A stretch of 64,000 nucleotides of DNA from Candidatus Acidiferrales bacterium (GCA_050014395.1 JBEKDK010000004.1:9765-73764); one strand, 5' to 3'. Counted from the stretch's first letter, positions 1 to 11,209 are shown. Numbers and translations are program-made. The notes: generated from the letters alone by a model not told the origin.

Positions 1-1
1 C

Positions 2-1240
2 TTGGATGCTGCGGGCCTCTCGACGTATCTCGATCAACTGGGATTTCAATTGGTGGGATTCGGGTGCACGACGTGCATCGGGAACAGCGGTCCGCTGCCG
101 GAGCCGATCGGCGCGGCGATCAAGGAGACGGGCCTGGTTGCGGTGTCTGTGCTGAGCGGAAATCGAAATTTCGAAGGGCGCATTCATCCGCTGGTGCGCG
201 CGAATTATTTGGCGTCGCCGCTGCTGGTGGTGGCGTACGCGCTGGCGGGGCGGATGGACGTGGATATTTCGAGCGATGCGATCGGCGAAGATCGCGCGGG
301 CAAACCCGTTTATCTGCGCGACATTTGGCCTTCGCCGGCGGAAATCGAGCAGGCCGTGCGCGCGGCGGTGAAGACGCAGATGTACTCGAAGGAATACGGC
401 GAAGTGTTTCACGGCGACGATCGCTGGCGCTCGCTGCCGATACCGGAGGGCGATTTGTACGCGTGGAACGCGCAATCGACTTACATCGCGCGGCCGCCAT
501 TTTTCGACGGGATGCCGAAATCGCCGGAAGCGCCGGCCGACATTCGCAACGCGCGCGTGCTGGCGGTGCTGGGGCACAGCGTGACGACGGATCACATTTC
601 GCCGGCCGGCTCAATTCAACCGGATGGGCCGGCGGGGCGCTACTTGATCGAGCACGGCGTGAAGCCGGTGGATTTTAATTCCTACGGCGCGCGCCGCGGC
701 AATCATGAGGTGATGGTGCGCGGCACGTTCGCGAATATTCGTCTGCGCAATCAGCTTGCGCCGGGCACCGAAGGCGGCGTGACGCTGCATTTGCCTGGCG
801 GCGAAGCGATGAGCATTTACGACGCGGCGATGCGCTATCAGAAAGAAGGCGTGCCGCTGGTGGTGATCGCGGGCAAGGAATACGGTGCGGGATCTTCGCG
901 CGATTGGGCGGCGAAGGGGCCGCTGCTGCTCGGTGTGCGCGCCGTGATCGCGGAAAGCTACGAGCGCATTCATCGCAGCAATCTGGTGGGCATGGGAGTG
1001 CTGCCGTTGGAATTTGAGCCGGGGCAGACGCCGGCGTCGCTGGGGCTCACAGGGCGGGAGAAATATTCGATCGAGGGAATCGGCGCGCTTTCGCCGCGCA
1101 AAAAAGTTACGGTGCGCGCAACCGACGATTCCGGCAAGACCACGACGTTTCAAACCATCGCGCGAGCCGACACGCCGGAAGAAGTCGCCTACTACCAGCA
1201 CGGCGGCATCTTGCGCTACGTGCTGCGGCAAATGCTGTAA
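2..1240 (+). CDS. acnA: aconitate hydratase A, C-terminal ~410 aa (5' end outside window)
   Basis: ORF open at window edge; [14 protein letters not shown] cluster-ligand motif, [19 protein letters not shown] and [10 protein letters not shown] tail are aconitase hallmarks. Confidence 0.9.
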   Translation: MDAAGLSTYLDQLGFQLVGFGCTTCIGNSGPLPEPIGAAIKETGLVAVSVLSGNRNFEGRIHPLVRANYLASPLLVVAYALAGRMDVDISSDAIGEDRAGKPVYLRDIWPSPAEIEQAVRAAVKTQMYSKEYGEVFHGDDRWRSLPIPEGDLYAWNAQSTYIARPPFFDGMPKSPEAPADIRNARVLAVLGHSVTTDHISPAGSIQPDGPAGRYLIEHGVKPVDFNSYGARRGNHEVMVRGTFANIRLRNQLAPGTEGGVTLHLPGGEAMSIYDAAMRYQKEGVPLVVIAGKEYGAGSSRDWAAKGPLLLGVRAVIAESYERIHRSNLVGMGVLPLEFEPGQTPASLGLTGREKYSIEGIGALSPRKKVTVRATDDSGKTTTFQTIARADTPEEVAYYQHGGILRYVLRQML

Positions 1241-1261
1241 ACCTGCGAGCGCACTTTAACC

Positions 1262-3103
1262 GTGAGTCGCAGAACCGCCTATTTCGTTTCACTGCTCAGT
1301 GCCTTAACGATTGTGGCGAGCCCGCGCAACGCCGCGGCTGGCGTGCAGCCGTGGATCGAAATCCGCAGCCCGCATTTCCGAGTTCTGACGAACGGCAGTG
1401 TGGACGACGGGCGGCGCGTGGCTTTCGATTTTGAAAAACTGCGCTACGTTTTCGCCACTCAATTTCCTCATTACCGGCTGGAGTCGGGCGCTCCGTTGCT
1501 GATTTTCGCGCCGCGCGATCTGGCGTCGGCGGAAATCGTCGCTCCGGCACTGGTGAGCGTTAAAGGTGCGGATCAAATGGCCGGCTTTTTCACGCACGGA
1601 TGGGAAAAGCAGTACGCCCTGATTCGCCTAGACACGATGAACACAATGGGAGAGGCGCCCGTCTTCCACGAGTACACACATTCGATCCTGCACATGAACG
1701 TGCATTGGCTTCCGACATGGTTAGACGAGGGTATCGCCGAGTACTACGCGTACACTCGGTTCGATGGCGATAAAATCCTGCTTGGCGTTTCCACCCAGCG
1801 CTATCCAATCATCTCCACGGGCACGCCGATTCCGATCGAGACGTTGCTCGACGTGGATGAAAGCTCGCCCTATTACCATGACGCCGACAAAGTGCAAATG
1901 TTCTATGGCGAATCGTGGGCGCTGGTGCATTTTTTGACGCTTACCAAAGGCATGGGCCGCGGCGAGAAGATCAACAATTTTTTCCGCCTGCTGCAGTCGG
2001 GGACCGATCAGAAAACGGCGTTTGTGCAGGTGTTCGGCGATTTCGCGAAGATGAACCGCGCTCTGGATACTTACATGCGCGGCCAATTTATTTATGGCGT
2101 GATTCCGGCTCCATCCGGGCTCGACGAGAGCACGTTCACGACAAGAACGCTGAGCGCCGCGGAGACAGAGGCTGAACTCGCCGGCTTCCAGCTATGGCGG
2201 CACGAAATCGCCACCGCCGTGCCGCTGGTGGCGCAAGCGCTGCGGGACGATCCGACGCTCGGATTCGCGCACGAGGAGGCGGGGTTCCTTCTTTTCCAGG
2301 ATGGAAGGACTGAGGATGCCGTCACTGAGTTTTCAAAAGCGTACGCGCTCGATCCGGGGCTGTATCTATCGCTGTTTGCCAAGACCATGCTTTCTCCCAT
2401 CGCGAAATCGGACGCCGCGGATGACGAAAAAGCCTTTCGGGCGGCGCTGGCGGCGGTCCTGCAGTTGAATCCGCAGTTCGCTCCCGTATACGTTCAATTG
2501 GCCCGGCTGGACGTGAAAGCAGGCGACCTGAACGAAGCGCTGCAATTTTCGCAGAAGGCAGAAGCGCTTGAACCGTGGCGCGCCGAGTACCGTCTGGAAA
2601 CGGGCGAGATATTTTTGAGAATGGGGCGCGGCCCGGAAGCCGCGGCTATCGCTCGATTTGTTGCACAGCGTTGGTCGGGCACGGACCACAACGAAGCCGT
2701 CGAACTTTGGAACGAAGTGCCTGCGGATCAGTGGCCGGCAAGCGAAGCGCTATCGGACGCTCAGGCGCAAAATAGCGAGAAGGTGACAGGGTTCATCGAA
2801 TCGGTGAACTGCCGGGCACAAAGTCAGCGCATGGATTTTGTCTTGGATCATGGCGGGCAGACCCTCACGTTCCATCTCAAGCAAGGCTTCGAAGGCGGCT
2901 TTTCCGATACGCTGTGGTACGGAGAGGACCACTTCAGTTTTTGCCACAACTTAGAAGGCTTGCGAGCCGTGGTGTATTATCTGCCGCCGTCGGATGCGTC
3001 CTATACCGGCGACGCGGCGGAAATCGATATCCGCAACGACCTGCCGGCGCCAGCATCAACACCCACGCCAACGCCCGCGACGACGCCGCCCCCGGGCCAC
3101 TAA
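1262..3103 (+). CDS. secreted HExxH metallopeptidase-like protein with C-terminal TPR-like region
   Basis: GTG start 21 nt after acnA stop; signal-peptide-like N-terminus; FHEYTHSILH zinc motif; helical-repeat C-terminal half; Pro/Thr-rich tail. Confidence 0.6.
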   Translation: MSRRTAYFVSLLSALTIVASPRNAAAGVQPWIEIRSPHFRVLTNGSVDDGRRVAFDFEKLRYVFATQFPHYRLESGAPLLIFAPRDLASAEIVAPALVSVKGADQMAGFFTHGWEKQYALIRLDTMNTMGEAPVFHEYTHSILHMNVHWLPTWLDEGIAEYYAYTRFDGDKILLGVSTQRYPIISTGTPIPIETLLDVDESSPYYHDADKVQMFYGESWALVHFLTLTKGMGRGEKINNFFRLLQSGTDQKTAFVQVFGDFAKMNRALDTYMRGQFIYGVIPAPSGLDESTFTTRTLSAAETEAELAGFQLWRHEIATAVPLVAQALRDDPTLGFAHEEAGFLLFQDGRTEDAVTEFSKAYALDPGLYLSLFAKTMLSPIAKSDAADDEKAFRAALAAVLQLNPQFAPVYVQLARLDVKAGDLNEALQFSQKAEALEPWRAEYRLETGEIFLRMGRGPEAAAIARFVAQRWSGTDHNEAVELWNEVPADQWPASEALSDAQAQNSEKVTGFIESVNCRAQSQRMDFVLDHGGQTLTFHLKQGFEGGFSDTLWYGEDHFSFCHNLEGLRAVVYYLPPSDASYTGDAAEIDIRNDLPAPASTPTPTPATTPPPGH

Positions 3104-3193
3104 ACTTCCCGCGCTGTTGTGAAGATTGAAATGTGAACGACGCGGTGGCGCGCCGGCGCGCCGGCACGCCCACCGAGCCACTGTGGAATCGCG

Positions 3194-3622
3194 CTACGCG
3201 CCGAAGGCTTGTTTCACGGTCGTCTGGTTCAGGTACCACACGATCAGAACGTTGATCGCGATGCGGACTAGCGCCCAGAAAACCAAGAACATGGCGAAGT
3301 GCATCATCAGCGGGAGCAAGGACAAAAGTCCGCCAATCGCGCCGAGAACGGAAAGTACCATTGCGACGACGCGCGCCCAATTCTTCAGGCCGATCAGGCC
3401 GATGGCGACTACCAATGCCAGCGCCGCGAACACCAACACAATTACTCCGATAAACGCTCCGATTCCGCCGGCGAATCTGCCGCCGACCGGCACGCCCCAT
3501 GCCGCAGCGTGTGTCATCAAAAGGCCGCCGAAGAAGAAAGCACCCAAGGCGACGAGAACCATAAAAACCGCACTGATAATGTAGAGGGCCGCGATCAGGA
3601 CTACTCCCGTAGGACGTTGCAT
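3194..3622 (-). CDS. small polytopic membrane protein, function unknown
   Basis: 142-aa ORF, about four hydrophobic helices, last gene of the minus-strand lgt cluster. Confidence 0.55.
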   Translation of the reverse strand: MQRPTGVVLIAALYIISAVFMVLVALGAFFFGGLLMTHAAAWGVPVGGRFAGGIGAFIGVIVLVFAALALVVAIGLIGLKNWARVVAMVLSVLGAIGGLLSLLPLMMHFAMFLVFWALVRIAINVLIVWYLNQTTVKQAFGA

Positions 3623-3716
3623 CAGCTTACCTCCGTGTAGGACTCGTGGATACTTTGGGAGAATCTGGCCTGGAGTTGAGGTTGCGAACGAAAGCTATGT
3701 CAGATTGCGGGCAACG

Positions 3717-4550
3717 TCAAGCGCGGTTTCGCGGTGGCGCGGCCTTCGAGCTGGAGCGGGCGGCCTTCGAGCCGGGACGCGAAACGGGATCCGGCTGCGC
3801 ATCGCCGTGCGCGCGCACAATCCAGAACAGAATCGCGCCAGCGAGAATCGAGCCGAGACTGGCGGCTTGCGCATTGGTCATGCCGAAAAATGAGCGCGGA
3901 TTGATGCGGATGAACTCGATCAGAAAACGCGCGATGCCGGTGAGCACCAAATACGCGGCGAAGACGATGCCGGCGGCGCGTGCATCGCGAATGGCGCGCG
4001 CGCCCAAGCGCCACAAAATCCAGAAGATCACCAGTTCGATCAGGAATTCGTAGATCGGCGTGGGATGGACGCGCTGCGTGGTGGGCACGATGCCGTTGGG
4101 AAAGCTCATGCCCCACGGCAGCGACGTCGGCGTGCCGTAATCGCCGTCGCCGGAAATCAGGCAGCCGATGCGGCCCACGCCGTAGCCGATGGCCGCGGCC
4201 GGCGAAGCGGCGTCCAGCATGGTGAGGATTTTGATTTTGTAATGCCGCGCCAGCCAGACCAGCGCGATGAATCCCGCGATCACGGAGCCGAACCACGCAA
4301 AGCCCATCGTGCTGAAGAGCAGCGGCCAAGGATCGGCGAAAAATTCGCGCGGGCTTTCCATCAGGTGATAGAGGCGCGCTCCGGCGAGACCGGCGAGGCC
4401 TGTGATGCCGACGACCGTCTCCGCGTCAATCGGCAGCGCGCGGCGGCGGAAATCGGCGCGCAGCACAAAAAACGCAACGAGCAACGCCGTCGCCACCAGC
4501 AGGCCGTACGTGCCGAGCGTGATGGGACCGAGATGGATGAACGGATACAT
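3717..4550 (-). CDS. lgt: prolipoprotein diacylglyceryl transferase
   Basis: MYPFIHLGPITLGTYGLL N-terminus, GRIGCLISGDGDYGTPTSLPWGMSFPNG motif, polytopic profile. Confidence 0.9.
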   Translation of the reverse strand: MYPFIHLGPITLGTYGLLVATALLVAFFVLRADFRRRALPIDAETVVGITGLAGLAGARLYHLMESPREFFADPWPLLFSTMGFAWFGSVIAGFIALVWLARHYKIKILTMLDAASPAAAIGYGVGRIGCLISGDGDYGTPTSLPWGMSFPNGIVPTTQRVHPTPIYEFLIELVIFWILWRLGARAIRDARAAGIVFAAYLVLTGIARFLIEFIRINPRSFFGMTNAQAASLGSILAGAILFWIVRAHGDAQPDPVSRPGSKAARSSSKAAPPRNRA

Positions 4551-4560
4551 TGTGAATGCT

Positions 4561-5475
4561 CTAAGAGCCGAACGCGCGTTTCAGCGCGAGCCACGGCAAT
4601 TGCACAATCGTCAGCGGATGCGACCACAGCCGCTTGGCCATCAGCCACGGATGGCGGTGCAAGCGGCGAATGCCGCCATCCGCCGTCACCATATGCGTTG
4701 CGTCTTCGATGGTATAGAGATGCCACCATCCCCCGACGAGCGCGCGGCTGCGCTTGGCCTCCGGGCCCATGAACACGCCGTTGGAACCCTGTGGATGGTG
4801 CGAGTAATCGTGATTCTGATGAATGGCCATCACGGCGGCGCTCGCGTCCACCACGCCGGCGCCGCGCGAACGAGCCAGCCACACCAAATAATTATCGTAG
4901 TACGGGCGGCCCACCGGAAGCGACAACATGCCGTCGAATAGACCTCGGCTGAACGCGAAATAATCGACGAAGTTAGCGTTACATTGCTCGCCAGCCTTCA
5001 TGACTTCGCCGCGCAGATCCACCTGCCAATTGAGTGCGGAGAAATCGAGCGGCCGCGCGAGGTCCAAATTCCAGCGGCGCCCGACGACCAGAAAACGTGA
5101 GCGCGATGCGGCCACGCGCTCGATGGCGACGGGAAAATCCGGCAGAAGGATGATGTCCGCATTGCAGTAGACCAGCGTGCGGCCGGTTCCTTCGCGTGCG
5201 GCGCGCGCGAAAAGATCGTCAACCAGCGGCGTACCGAATTCGTTCCGGCCGATTTCGGGCACATGGCGCACGCCGAGATCGCGGGCGGCCTCGGCGGTTC
5301 CCTCATCATCGCCGAACAGAATCACGTCGGGGCGCGGCGTGAGCGCGGCCCAACTGGCGATGGCGTTGCGCTGGCGCATGGCGGTCGATCCGCGAAAAGG
5401 TTTGGGCATGCCGCAAATCGTAAGGGCTGGCGACGCCGTTGGCGACGATGCGGGAGTTAGCGTCGATTTCGGCAT
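4561..5475 (-). CDS. hypothetical protein, possible nucleotide-sugar transferase (weak)
   Basis: 304-aa ORF ending 10 nt upstream of lgt; composition looks coding; no motif I can name with certainty. Confidence 0.45.
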   Translation of the reverse strand: MPKSTLTPASSPTASPALTICGMPKPFRGSTAMRQRNAIASWAALTPRPDVILFGDDEGTAEAARDLGVRHVPEIGRNEFGTPLVDDLFARAAREGTGRTLVYCNADIILLPDFPVAIERVAASRSRFLVVGRRWNLDLARPLDFSALNWQVDLRGEVMKAGEQCNANFVDYFAFSRGLFDGMLSLPVGRPYYDNYLVWLARSRGAGVVDASAAVMAIHQNHDYSHHPQGSNGVFMGPEAKRSRALVGGWWHLYTIEDATHMVTADGGIRRLHRHPWLMAKRLWSHPLTIVQLPWLALKRAFGS

Positions 5476-5558
5476 GAGGAGATGCGAGCGGAACGCACGA
5501 AATTGATCTTATCTTGCGCGAATCGAAGGGGCAAGAACGACGCGATTGGCAGGATCGT

Positions 5559-6500
5559 CTAGCCGCGCTTCCTGATATGCGTTTTGAATGCGATCTCCCG
5601 AATAAAATTCTGGCAGGCGCGCCTGACTCTGTTCCGGAGTAGAAGGGGCTTGGTGTGCGCGTTGTATCCGGAGTTGATGAACCTGGGATTGATGAAAATG
5701 TGTCCGCCATTCTCTTTGATTTTCTTGTGAAACGGGACGTTGTCGCAAACCTCCTCGCCCGTTTCGGTCACTCCGGCATATTCCGATGCGATCATTACGT
5801 CCTTGCGATAGATCGCGATCCCGCCAAAGGCGGCATCGACTTCAATCCAATCGGCAGTTTCCGGAATCACGATCATTTTGGAATGGACAGCTGTAACGAG
5901 AGCCTTCTCGCGTCCTACGTTATTTCGCAAGAGCGATTTGTATTCAGACCAGCAATCGCCCGGACACCACTCGGGATGGCGCAACGACCAAATATCGTAA
6001 TAGGGCCCGCGCTGATTGGCGGTGCAAACGTCCCAGCCGGTTTTCTGGAAGCACGACCAGAAGGCTTCCGGGGTGATCGATCGGTTGAGCCCGTCCAGGT
6101 CGGCGACGACGACGTAGTCGATATCTTTATAGATCGCGTTGGTTCTCAGTTCATCAAGGTAGCGATTCCTGCAAAATGCAATTCGGTTGGTACGGATCGG
6201 CATTCCGGGGAGCAGATTGCCGACGGTAATGAAACGGAAATTGCGAACTTCGGTTTGTAGCTCGTGCAGTTTCTCGACAGTGTTATCGCTGCTATCGGAT
6301 TCGACGATCAACCAGTGCAGGCTGGCACATTGCCCGACAACGGCGGAGAGCCTGGCAACGTCTTCTTTGATGGCCTGGCCACAATTGCGCACAACACCGG
6401 CAACCAGAATGTTGATGTTCCGGATGTCTCCGCCATTATTGAACTGGGGATTGTCGACCAATTGGCCGGGCTGATGCGCTTCAGTTGTCATGGCTTTCAA
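5559..6500 (-). CDS. putative glycosyltransferase (GT-A-like), weak assignment
   Basis: 313-aa ORF; NILVAGVVRNCG...IVESDSSDNT pattern resembles GT-A type sugar transferases. Confidence 0.45.
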   Translation of the reverse strand: MKAMTTEAHQPGQLVDNPQFNNGGDIRNINILVAGVVRNCGQAIKEDVARLSAVVGQCASLHWLIVESDSSDNTVEKLHELQTEVRNFRFITVGNLLPGMPIRTNRIAFCRNRYLDELRTNAIYKDIDYVVVADLDGLNRSITPEAFWSCFQKTGWDVCTANQRGPYYDIWSLRHPEWCPGDCWSEYKSLLRNNVGREKALVTAVHSKMIVIPETADWIEVDAAFGGIAIYRKDVMIASEYAGVTETGEEVCDNVPFHKKIKENGGHIFINPRFINSGYNAHTKPLLLRNRVRRACQNFIREIAFKTHIRKRG

Positions 6501-6838
6501 ATGTTACGCTTGGCCGGCGCGCCGAGCAGCACGCATGAATTTCATCTTAGCTTGGCCGAATCCAGGCGGGCAAGTCCGGCCGGGCGGCAAGACACCCGCG
6601 CTTTCGCCGTGGGCCAGTTCTCGCCATAAGAATGACCGTTTGAACATCGGCGGCGGGGCCGCAGTTGTTCCTAGCGCGCTGCGGCGGGATAATTCCATAC
6701 GTGATTTACCGAAGCGCGCCCAGCCGCGCCCCGAGCGTCTCCCGACTGGGCCGTCGCCGAACGGAAATCTATATTGCGAGACGTGTGTCGCGCTAGCGCG
6801 TGGCGGTTCGAAGCTTCATCGGAAGGGCGAATCGGGAA

Positions 6839-7432
6839 ATGCAATTTAACTCAGGACCGAGAACCTCGCGGCTGCGGACGGCCGCTGCAGGACACGATGA
6901 GCGGCGGCGCTCCGTGCGGCATACGATTTCGGCCGTCGTGCAAGTGGTGGATTTGGGATCGGGAATGCGGCTGACGACACGCGCATCCGATCTGAGCGTG
7001 GGCGGTTGCTACGTGGAGGCCCTCACACCTTTCGCCGTTGGAAGCGAAGTGCGCGTCGGGCTGCACAAAGATAACAACGTAATCGAATTCAATGGGAAGA
7101 TCGTCTATTCGAGTCCCGGCCTGGGCATGGGAATCGCGTTCACAGAAGCTGAGCCCGACCATCAGGCTGCCCTTGAAGAATGGCTGAATACGCTTCAGCA
7201 AGAAAAGCTTGGCGGCCCTGCCCCGCACCCAGCCGTGTCCGCCGAATCGACAGCGCCGGCCACGCCGACCGCATCGGCCGCTCCGGCCACGCCGCGATCT
7301 TTCGCATTTACCGCCGCCGGGCCCGATGCGCGAGCGGTTGTCACGCGCCTTGTGCATTTGCTCGTCGCCAAAGGCCTGCTGAGCGAAGACGACGCCGAGA
7401 TGATTCTGCAGCACCGCCAGCCGGTCATTTAG
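6839..7432 (+). CDS. PilZ domain protein (c-di-GMP binding type)
   Basis: RRSVRH...DLSVGGCYVE motif pair typical of PilZ; start moved to first ATG (6839) inside ORF 6800..7432. Confidence 0.65.
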   Translation: MQFNSGPRTSRLRTAAAGHDERRRSVRHTISAVVQVVDLGSGMRLTTRASDLSVGGCYVEALTPFAVGSEVRVGLHKDNNVIEFNGKIVYSSPGLGMGIAFTEAEPDHQAALEEWLNTLQQEKLGGPAPHPAVSAESTAPATPTASAAPATPRSFAFTAAGPDARAVVTRLVHLLVAKGLLSEDDAEMILQHRQPVI

Positions 7433-7513
7433 TCGCTCGTTCCCGCCGATCGCGGACAGCAGCTTGCGCTCGCACCGGCAACCAAGCTATCGTGTTTGCG
7501 ACCGCCTCCTCCC

Positions 7514-8212
7514 ATGAAGCGCATTTTATTGATCGAGGACGACCGCGATATCGTCGAATTGGTTCGTTACAATCTTTCGCGCGAAGGGTTTGACGTCGTT
7601 TCCGTGGGCGACGGTTCCTCAGGGCTTGCGCAACTCCGAAAATCCCCGCCCGATCTTCTAATACTCGATCTAATGTTGCCGAAGCTGCCCGGCCTGGAAG
7701 TGTGCAAGGAAATTCGCCGCGATCAAAAACTGAATCGGTTGCCGATCCTGATCTTGAGCGCGCGCGGAGAAGAAGCCGATCGCGTTCTGGGCCTGGAACT
7801 CGGTGCGGACGATTACGTAACCAAGCCGTTCAGTCCGCGCGAACTGCTGGCGCGCGTGAAAGCGCTGCTGCGCCGGCTGGAGCCGGCCGCGGCGGAAGGC
7901 GAAAAGCTGATCACGCGCGGGGAGCTGGCGCTGGACCCGGCGTCGTTCCGCGTGACGCGCGACGGCGACGCCGTGCCCATGAGCACTTTGGAATTTCGGC
8001 TGCTCTACTTTCTGGCCTCGCATCCCGACCGAGTTTTTTCACGCGACCAATTGCTCGACGCGGTGTGGGGCTCAGAGCGATTCGTGACCCCACGCAGCGT
8101 GGACGTTTACGTGCGCAGAATTCGCAAGAAGGTCGAACGCGATCCCGAGCGGCCGGTATATCTGAAGACGCTGCGCGGCGCCGGCTACATTTTTGAAACC
8201 CGTGCGAATTAA
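7514..8212 (+). CDS. phoB: OmpR/PhoB-family response regulator
   Basis: MKRILLIEDD receiver with DLMLP phospho-acceptor region, winged-helix C-terminus (RGAGYIF); overlaps the downstream kinase; sits in a pst/Pho-box neighbourhood. Confidence 0.65.
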   Translation: MKRILLIEDDRDIVELVRYNLSREGFDVVSVGDGSSGLAQLRKSPPDLLILDLMLPKLPGLEVCKEIRRDQKLNRLPILILSARGEEADRVLGLELGADDYVTKPFSPRELLARVKALLRRLEPAAAEGEKLITRGELALDPASFRVTRDGDAVPMSTLEFRLLYFLASHPDRVFSRDQLLDAVWGSERFVTPRSVDVYVRRIRKKVERDPERPVYLKTLRGAGYIFETRAN

Positions 8213-10016
8213 TCTTTTTTGGCAACTGGGACTCTCCGTCGCCGCGCTGCTGCTGGGCGTGGTGGCGGTGCTCGATCTGTACGCCGCGCGGCTGCTGCAA
8301 CGCCAAGCGCTGGCCGCGGCCGATCAGCGGCTCACCGCGCTTTCGCAAATAGCCGTCACGCGCTTCCCGATTGACGCGGACTTGGTCCCTTCCACGGCCC
8401 CGAAAAATCCCGCCAGCCGCGCGCAGCTTGACGCCTGGGTGAATTGGGTGAAGCTGAGCGGCACGCGCGCGACGGTGATCGCCGCGGACGGTACGGTGCT
8501 GGCCGATTCCGACAGCGATTTCCATACGATGGAAAATCACGCGGGGCGCCCCGAAGTAATTCAGGCGCTGGCCGAAGGCGCAGGCGAATCGGTGCGCCAC
8601 AGCGCGACGCTCAGCGAGGATCTGGTTTATCGCGCGGTGCGCTTTCCGATTCCGACGGGGCCGCCGATCGTGCTGCGATTTGCCGCGCCGCTCGAACCGA
8701 TCGAGGCAACGCTAGGCGAAATTCGCCGGCGGCTGATTCTTGCGACGCTGCTCATTTTTGCTCTGGGCGGATTGATCGCGCTGATGTTCGCGCGGAATTT
8801 TTCCAAGCGCGTCGATCGCCTGAAGGAACTTTCCGAGCGCGTGGCCGCAGGCGATTTCCACACTCTGCCAACGGACCACTCCGGCGATGCGCTGGCCAAA
8901 CTGCGCGGAACGCTGAACGCCACCGCGCAGCAACTGGAGCGCACCATCGGCGCGCTGCAGCAGGAGCGTAATCGCTCCGCGGCGATTCTGGCCAGCATGG
9001 CTGAAGGCGTTGCGGTGATTGACGCGCAGGAACGCCTGGTTTTCTGCAATCAAGCCTTCCGCCGAATTTTCCGATTGGGCATGGCGCCGGCTGACGGGCG
9101 GCCGATGATCGAACTGGTGCGCGAACCTGAATTGCTGACAACCGTGCGCCGCGCGCTCTCTGGAGCTGCGCCGGAAGCCGGGGAATTGGAGCGCGGCACC
9201 GTGCTGCGGCAAAGTTTTCGCGTGACGGCTTCGCCGCTGCAAGCCGGTGAGACCGGCGGCGCGGCGCTGGTGCTGCACGACATCACCGACCTGCGGCGTC
9301 TGGAACGCGTGCGGCGCGATTTCGTGGCCAACGTCTCGCACGAATTCAAAACGCCGCTGACGGCCATCCAAGGATTCGCGGAAACGCTGCTGGGCGGCGC
9401 GCTGGAAGATCAAACCAACAATCGGCGATTCGTTGAGATCATTCGCACGCACGCGGCGCGTTTGGCGCGTCTGACGGACGACCTGCTGGAGCTGGCGCGC
9501 ATCGAGTCCGGGCGAATCGAAATCGACCGGCGCGAAGTCTCGATCGCGGAAGTGGCCGAGGTGTGCGCGGAAACCACGCGGCCGCGCATCGAGCACAGCG
9601 ATCTACAACTCGAATTGCGAATCCCAGAAGATTTGCCGCACGTTTCCGCCGATCCGCGGCGCTTGCGTGAAATACTTCAGAACTTGCTGGACAACGCCAC
9701 GCAGTACACGCCGCGCGGAGGCCGCATTTGGGTGGAAGCGCGCGTCACAACCGTCGCGGAAGCCGGCAAAGGCGCGTTTTCCGGCGTCGTTGTCACCGTC
9801 GGCGATACCGGCATCGGAATTCCGCAATCCGATCAGCAGCGCATCTTCGAGCGATTCTATCGCGTGGATGCGGCACGCTCGCGCGAAGCCGGCGGGACGG
9901 GACTGGGCCTGGCGATCACGAAGCACCTAGTGGAACTGCATGGCGGGCGGATATGGGTGGAAAGCGAAGTGGGCCGCGGCTCCCAATTTCATTTTTCGGT
10001 GCCCGTAGCTGCATAA
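8193..10016 (+). CDS. phoR: PAS sensor histidine kinase, PhoR-like
   Basis: TM, periplasmic region, TM, HAMP, PAS, HisKA (SHEFKTPLT), HATPase (GTGLGLAI); 20-nt overlap with the regulator gene. Confidence 0.6.
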   Translation: MKPVRINLFWQLGLSVAALLLGVVAVLDLYAARLLQRQALAAADQRLTALSQIAVTRFPIDADLVPSTAPKNPASRAQLDAWVNWVKLSGTRATVIAADGTVLADSDSDFHTMENHAGRPEVIQALAEGAGESVRHSATLSEDLVYRAVRFPIPTGPPIVLRFAAPLEPIEATLGEIRRRLILATLLIFALGGLIALMFARNFSKRVDRLKELSERVAAGDFHTLPTDHSGDALAKLRGTLNATAQQLERTIGALQQERNRSAAILASMAEGVAVIDAQERLVFCNQAFRRIFRLGMAPADGRPMIELVREPELLTTVRRALSGAAPEAGELERGTVLRQSFRVTASPLQAGETGGAALVLHDITDLRRLERVRRDFVANVSHEFKTPLTAIQGFAETLLGGALEDQTNNRRFVEIIRTHAARLARLTDDLLELARIESGRIEIDRREVSIAEVAEVCAETTRPRIEHSDLQLELRIPEDLPHVSADPRRLREILQNLLDNATQYTPRGGRIWVEARVTTVAEAGKGAFSGVVVTVGDTGIGIPQSDQQRIFERFYRVDAARSREAGGTGLGLAITKHLVELHGGRIWVESEVGRGSQFHFSVPVAA

Positions 10017-10264
10017 TCCACGCTGTAGATACTACACGTAGAATTCACCGCGCCTTCACGCGCCATTCAAATTCAATTTCTACAGTGGAGTCACCCGGCG
10101 ACCTGGTTTAAGCGGTTCTCCGCTACCGCCACCAAATGGTCTCGGGATTTTGGCCCACCACGGGGCCGGTGTTACCCGGCACCGGCCCCACCCCTAACTT
10201 AAGCCGTGTTGTTCTAGCGTGTTAGCAAGCTGCGGAAGAACTGTGCCGTTTCGGAACTGCGCTC

Positions 10265-11209
10265 TCAGTAGTTTCCGGTCATTTCGAGGACGGCGCCGCC
10301 GTCGGTGGCGAATTCCTCGGCTCGCGGTGGATTGCCTGCGCGCAGTGTGAGCCGCGCTAGCGCCAGACTGTTATTGGCGACTTCAAAAGTGCCGGTGCAA
10401 TCGGTCTTGGCGTAGGGCAGGCGATGCACGGATTGGCCGCCGCCTTCGATTTCCACGTCGATCGACGCCGCGGGAAAATCCGCGCGGAAAACCCAGCGCA
10501 TGGCTTTCGGATCGCGGCAACTCTCGCGCAGCTTGCCGGAGACGTATGAGCGGCCTTCGTGCCAGAGAATCGCCTTGCGGAATACCAATCCAAGCGGCAT
10601 TTCATAGACGAGGGCTTCGAATGTGGAAAGACGCCCATCGGGCTGCGGAAAACACGCGTGCGTCCACGTCCAGAAGTTGCGATGACGAAAACCGCAGTTG
10701 TGGCCCTGCACGCCGAAGCCGAGAGGATCGCCGCGAAAAACTTGATCGTCGAAATGAATTTCGCCGGAGAAAACAGCGTCGGAGTGCGGAGTGCGGGAGA
10801 AACCGATCCAGCCTTTATTGCTCAGCGTGATTCCGAAATTGGCGCGATAGCGCAAATCCCAGGAGAGCTTGTGACCGCGAATTTTGAGAGCGCCCCGGCA
10901 TGCGGAATCCTCGATACGGTTGGGGCCCGCTTCGAGAAAAAACGGATCGCCGCGGGCGCTCACGCGCAGCGCTTCGATCGGAAATTCCTGGATGAAACTT
11001 TCAGGCGAGCCGCCGCGCGGAAACCACGTCGCCCAGATTTGCACGGGCGCCGCGCGGGGCACGCCGGGGCAGCCTTTACGTCCCGGATTCGCCAGGAGAT
11101 AGCGCAACCACCACGCGCCGGAGCCATCGGCCAGGCCGAAGCGCAGGAACCAGGATTCATAGCGGCGGTGCATGCCGAGCCGCGTGTAGGGATTATTCAG
11201 CGAAGCCAT
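10265..11209 (-). CDS. conserved hypothetical protein
   Basis: 314-aa ORF with coding-like composition; TTCAAG-17-TACACT promoter-like element just upstream; no recognisable motif. Confidence 0.5.
   Translation of the reverse strand: MASLNNPYTRLGMHRRYESWFLRFGLADGSGAWWLRYLLANPGRKGCPGVPRAAPVQIWATWFPRGGSPESFIQEFPIEALRVSARGDPFFLEAGPNRIEDSACRGALKIRGHKLSWDLRYRANFGITLSNKGWIGFSRTPHSDAVFSGEIHFDDQVFRGDPLGFGVQGHNCGFRHRNFWTWTHACFPQPDGRLSTFEALVYEMPLGLVFRKAILWHEGRSYVSGKLRESCRDPKAMRWVFRADFPAASIDVEIEGGGQSVHRLPYAKTDCTGTFEVANNSLALARLTLRAGNPPRAEEFATDGGAVLEMTGNY

Noticed and set aside
3146-3161. 16-bp palindrome GGCGCGCCGGCGCGCC between convergent genes
   Set aside because: It has no U tract and forms a short all-GC hairpin. 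The evidence is insufficient to call it a terminator or a protein-binding site.
10163-10190. Perfect 10-bp GC hairpin (GGGGCCGGTG...CACCGGCCCC) within a 248-nt gene-free stretch; considered as an sRNA, tRNA-Sec or SRP RNA
   Set aside because: No conserved RNA-family motifs could be aligned, and it has no promoter or U tract. It most simply acts as a structural or termination element between convergent genes.
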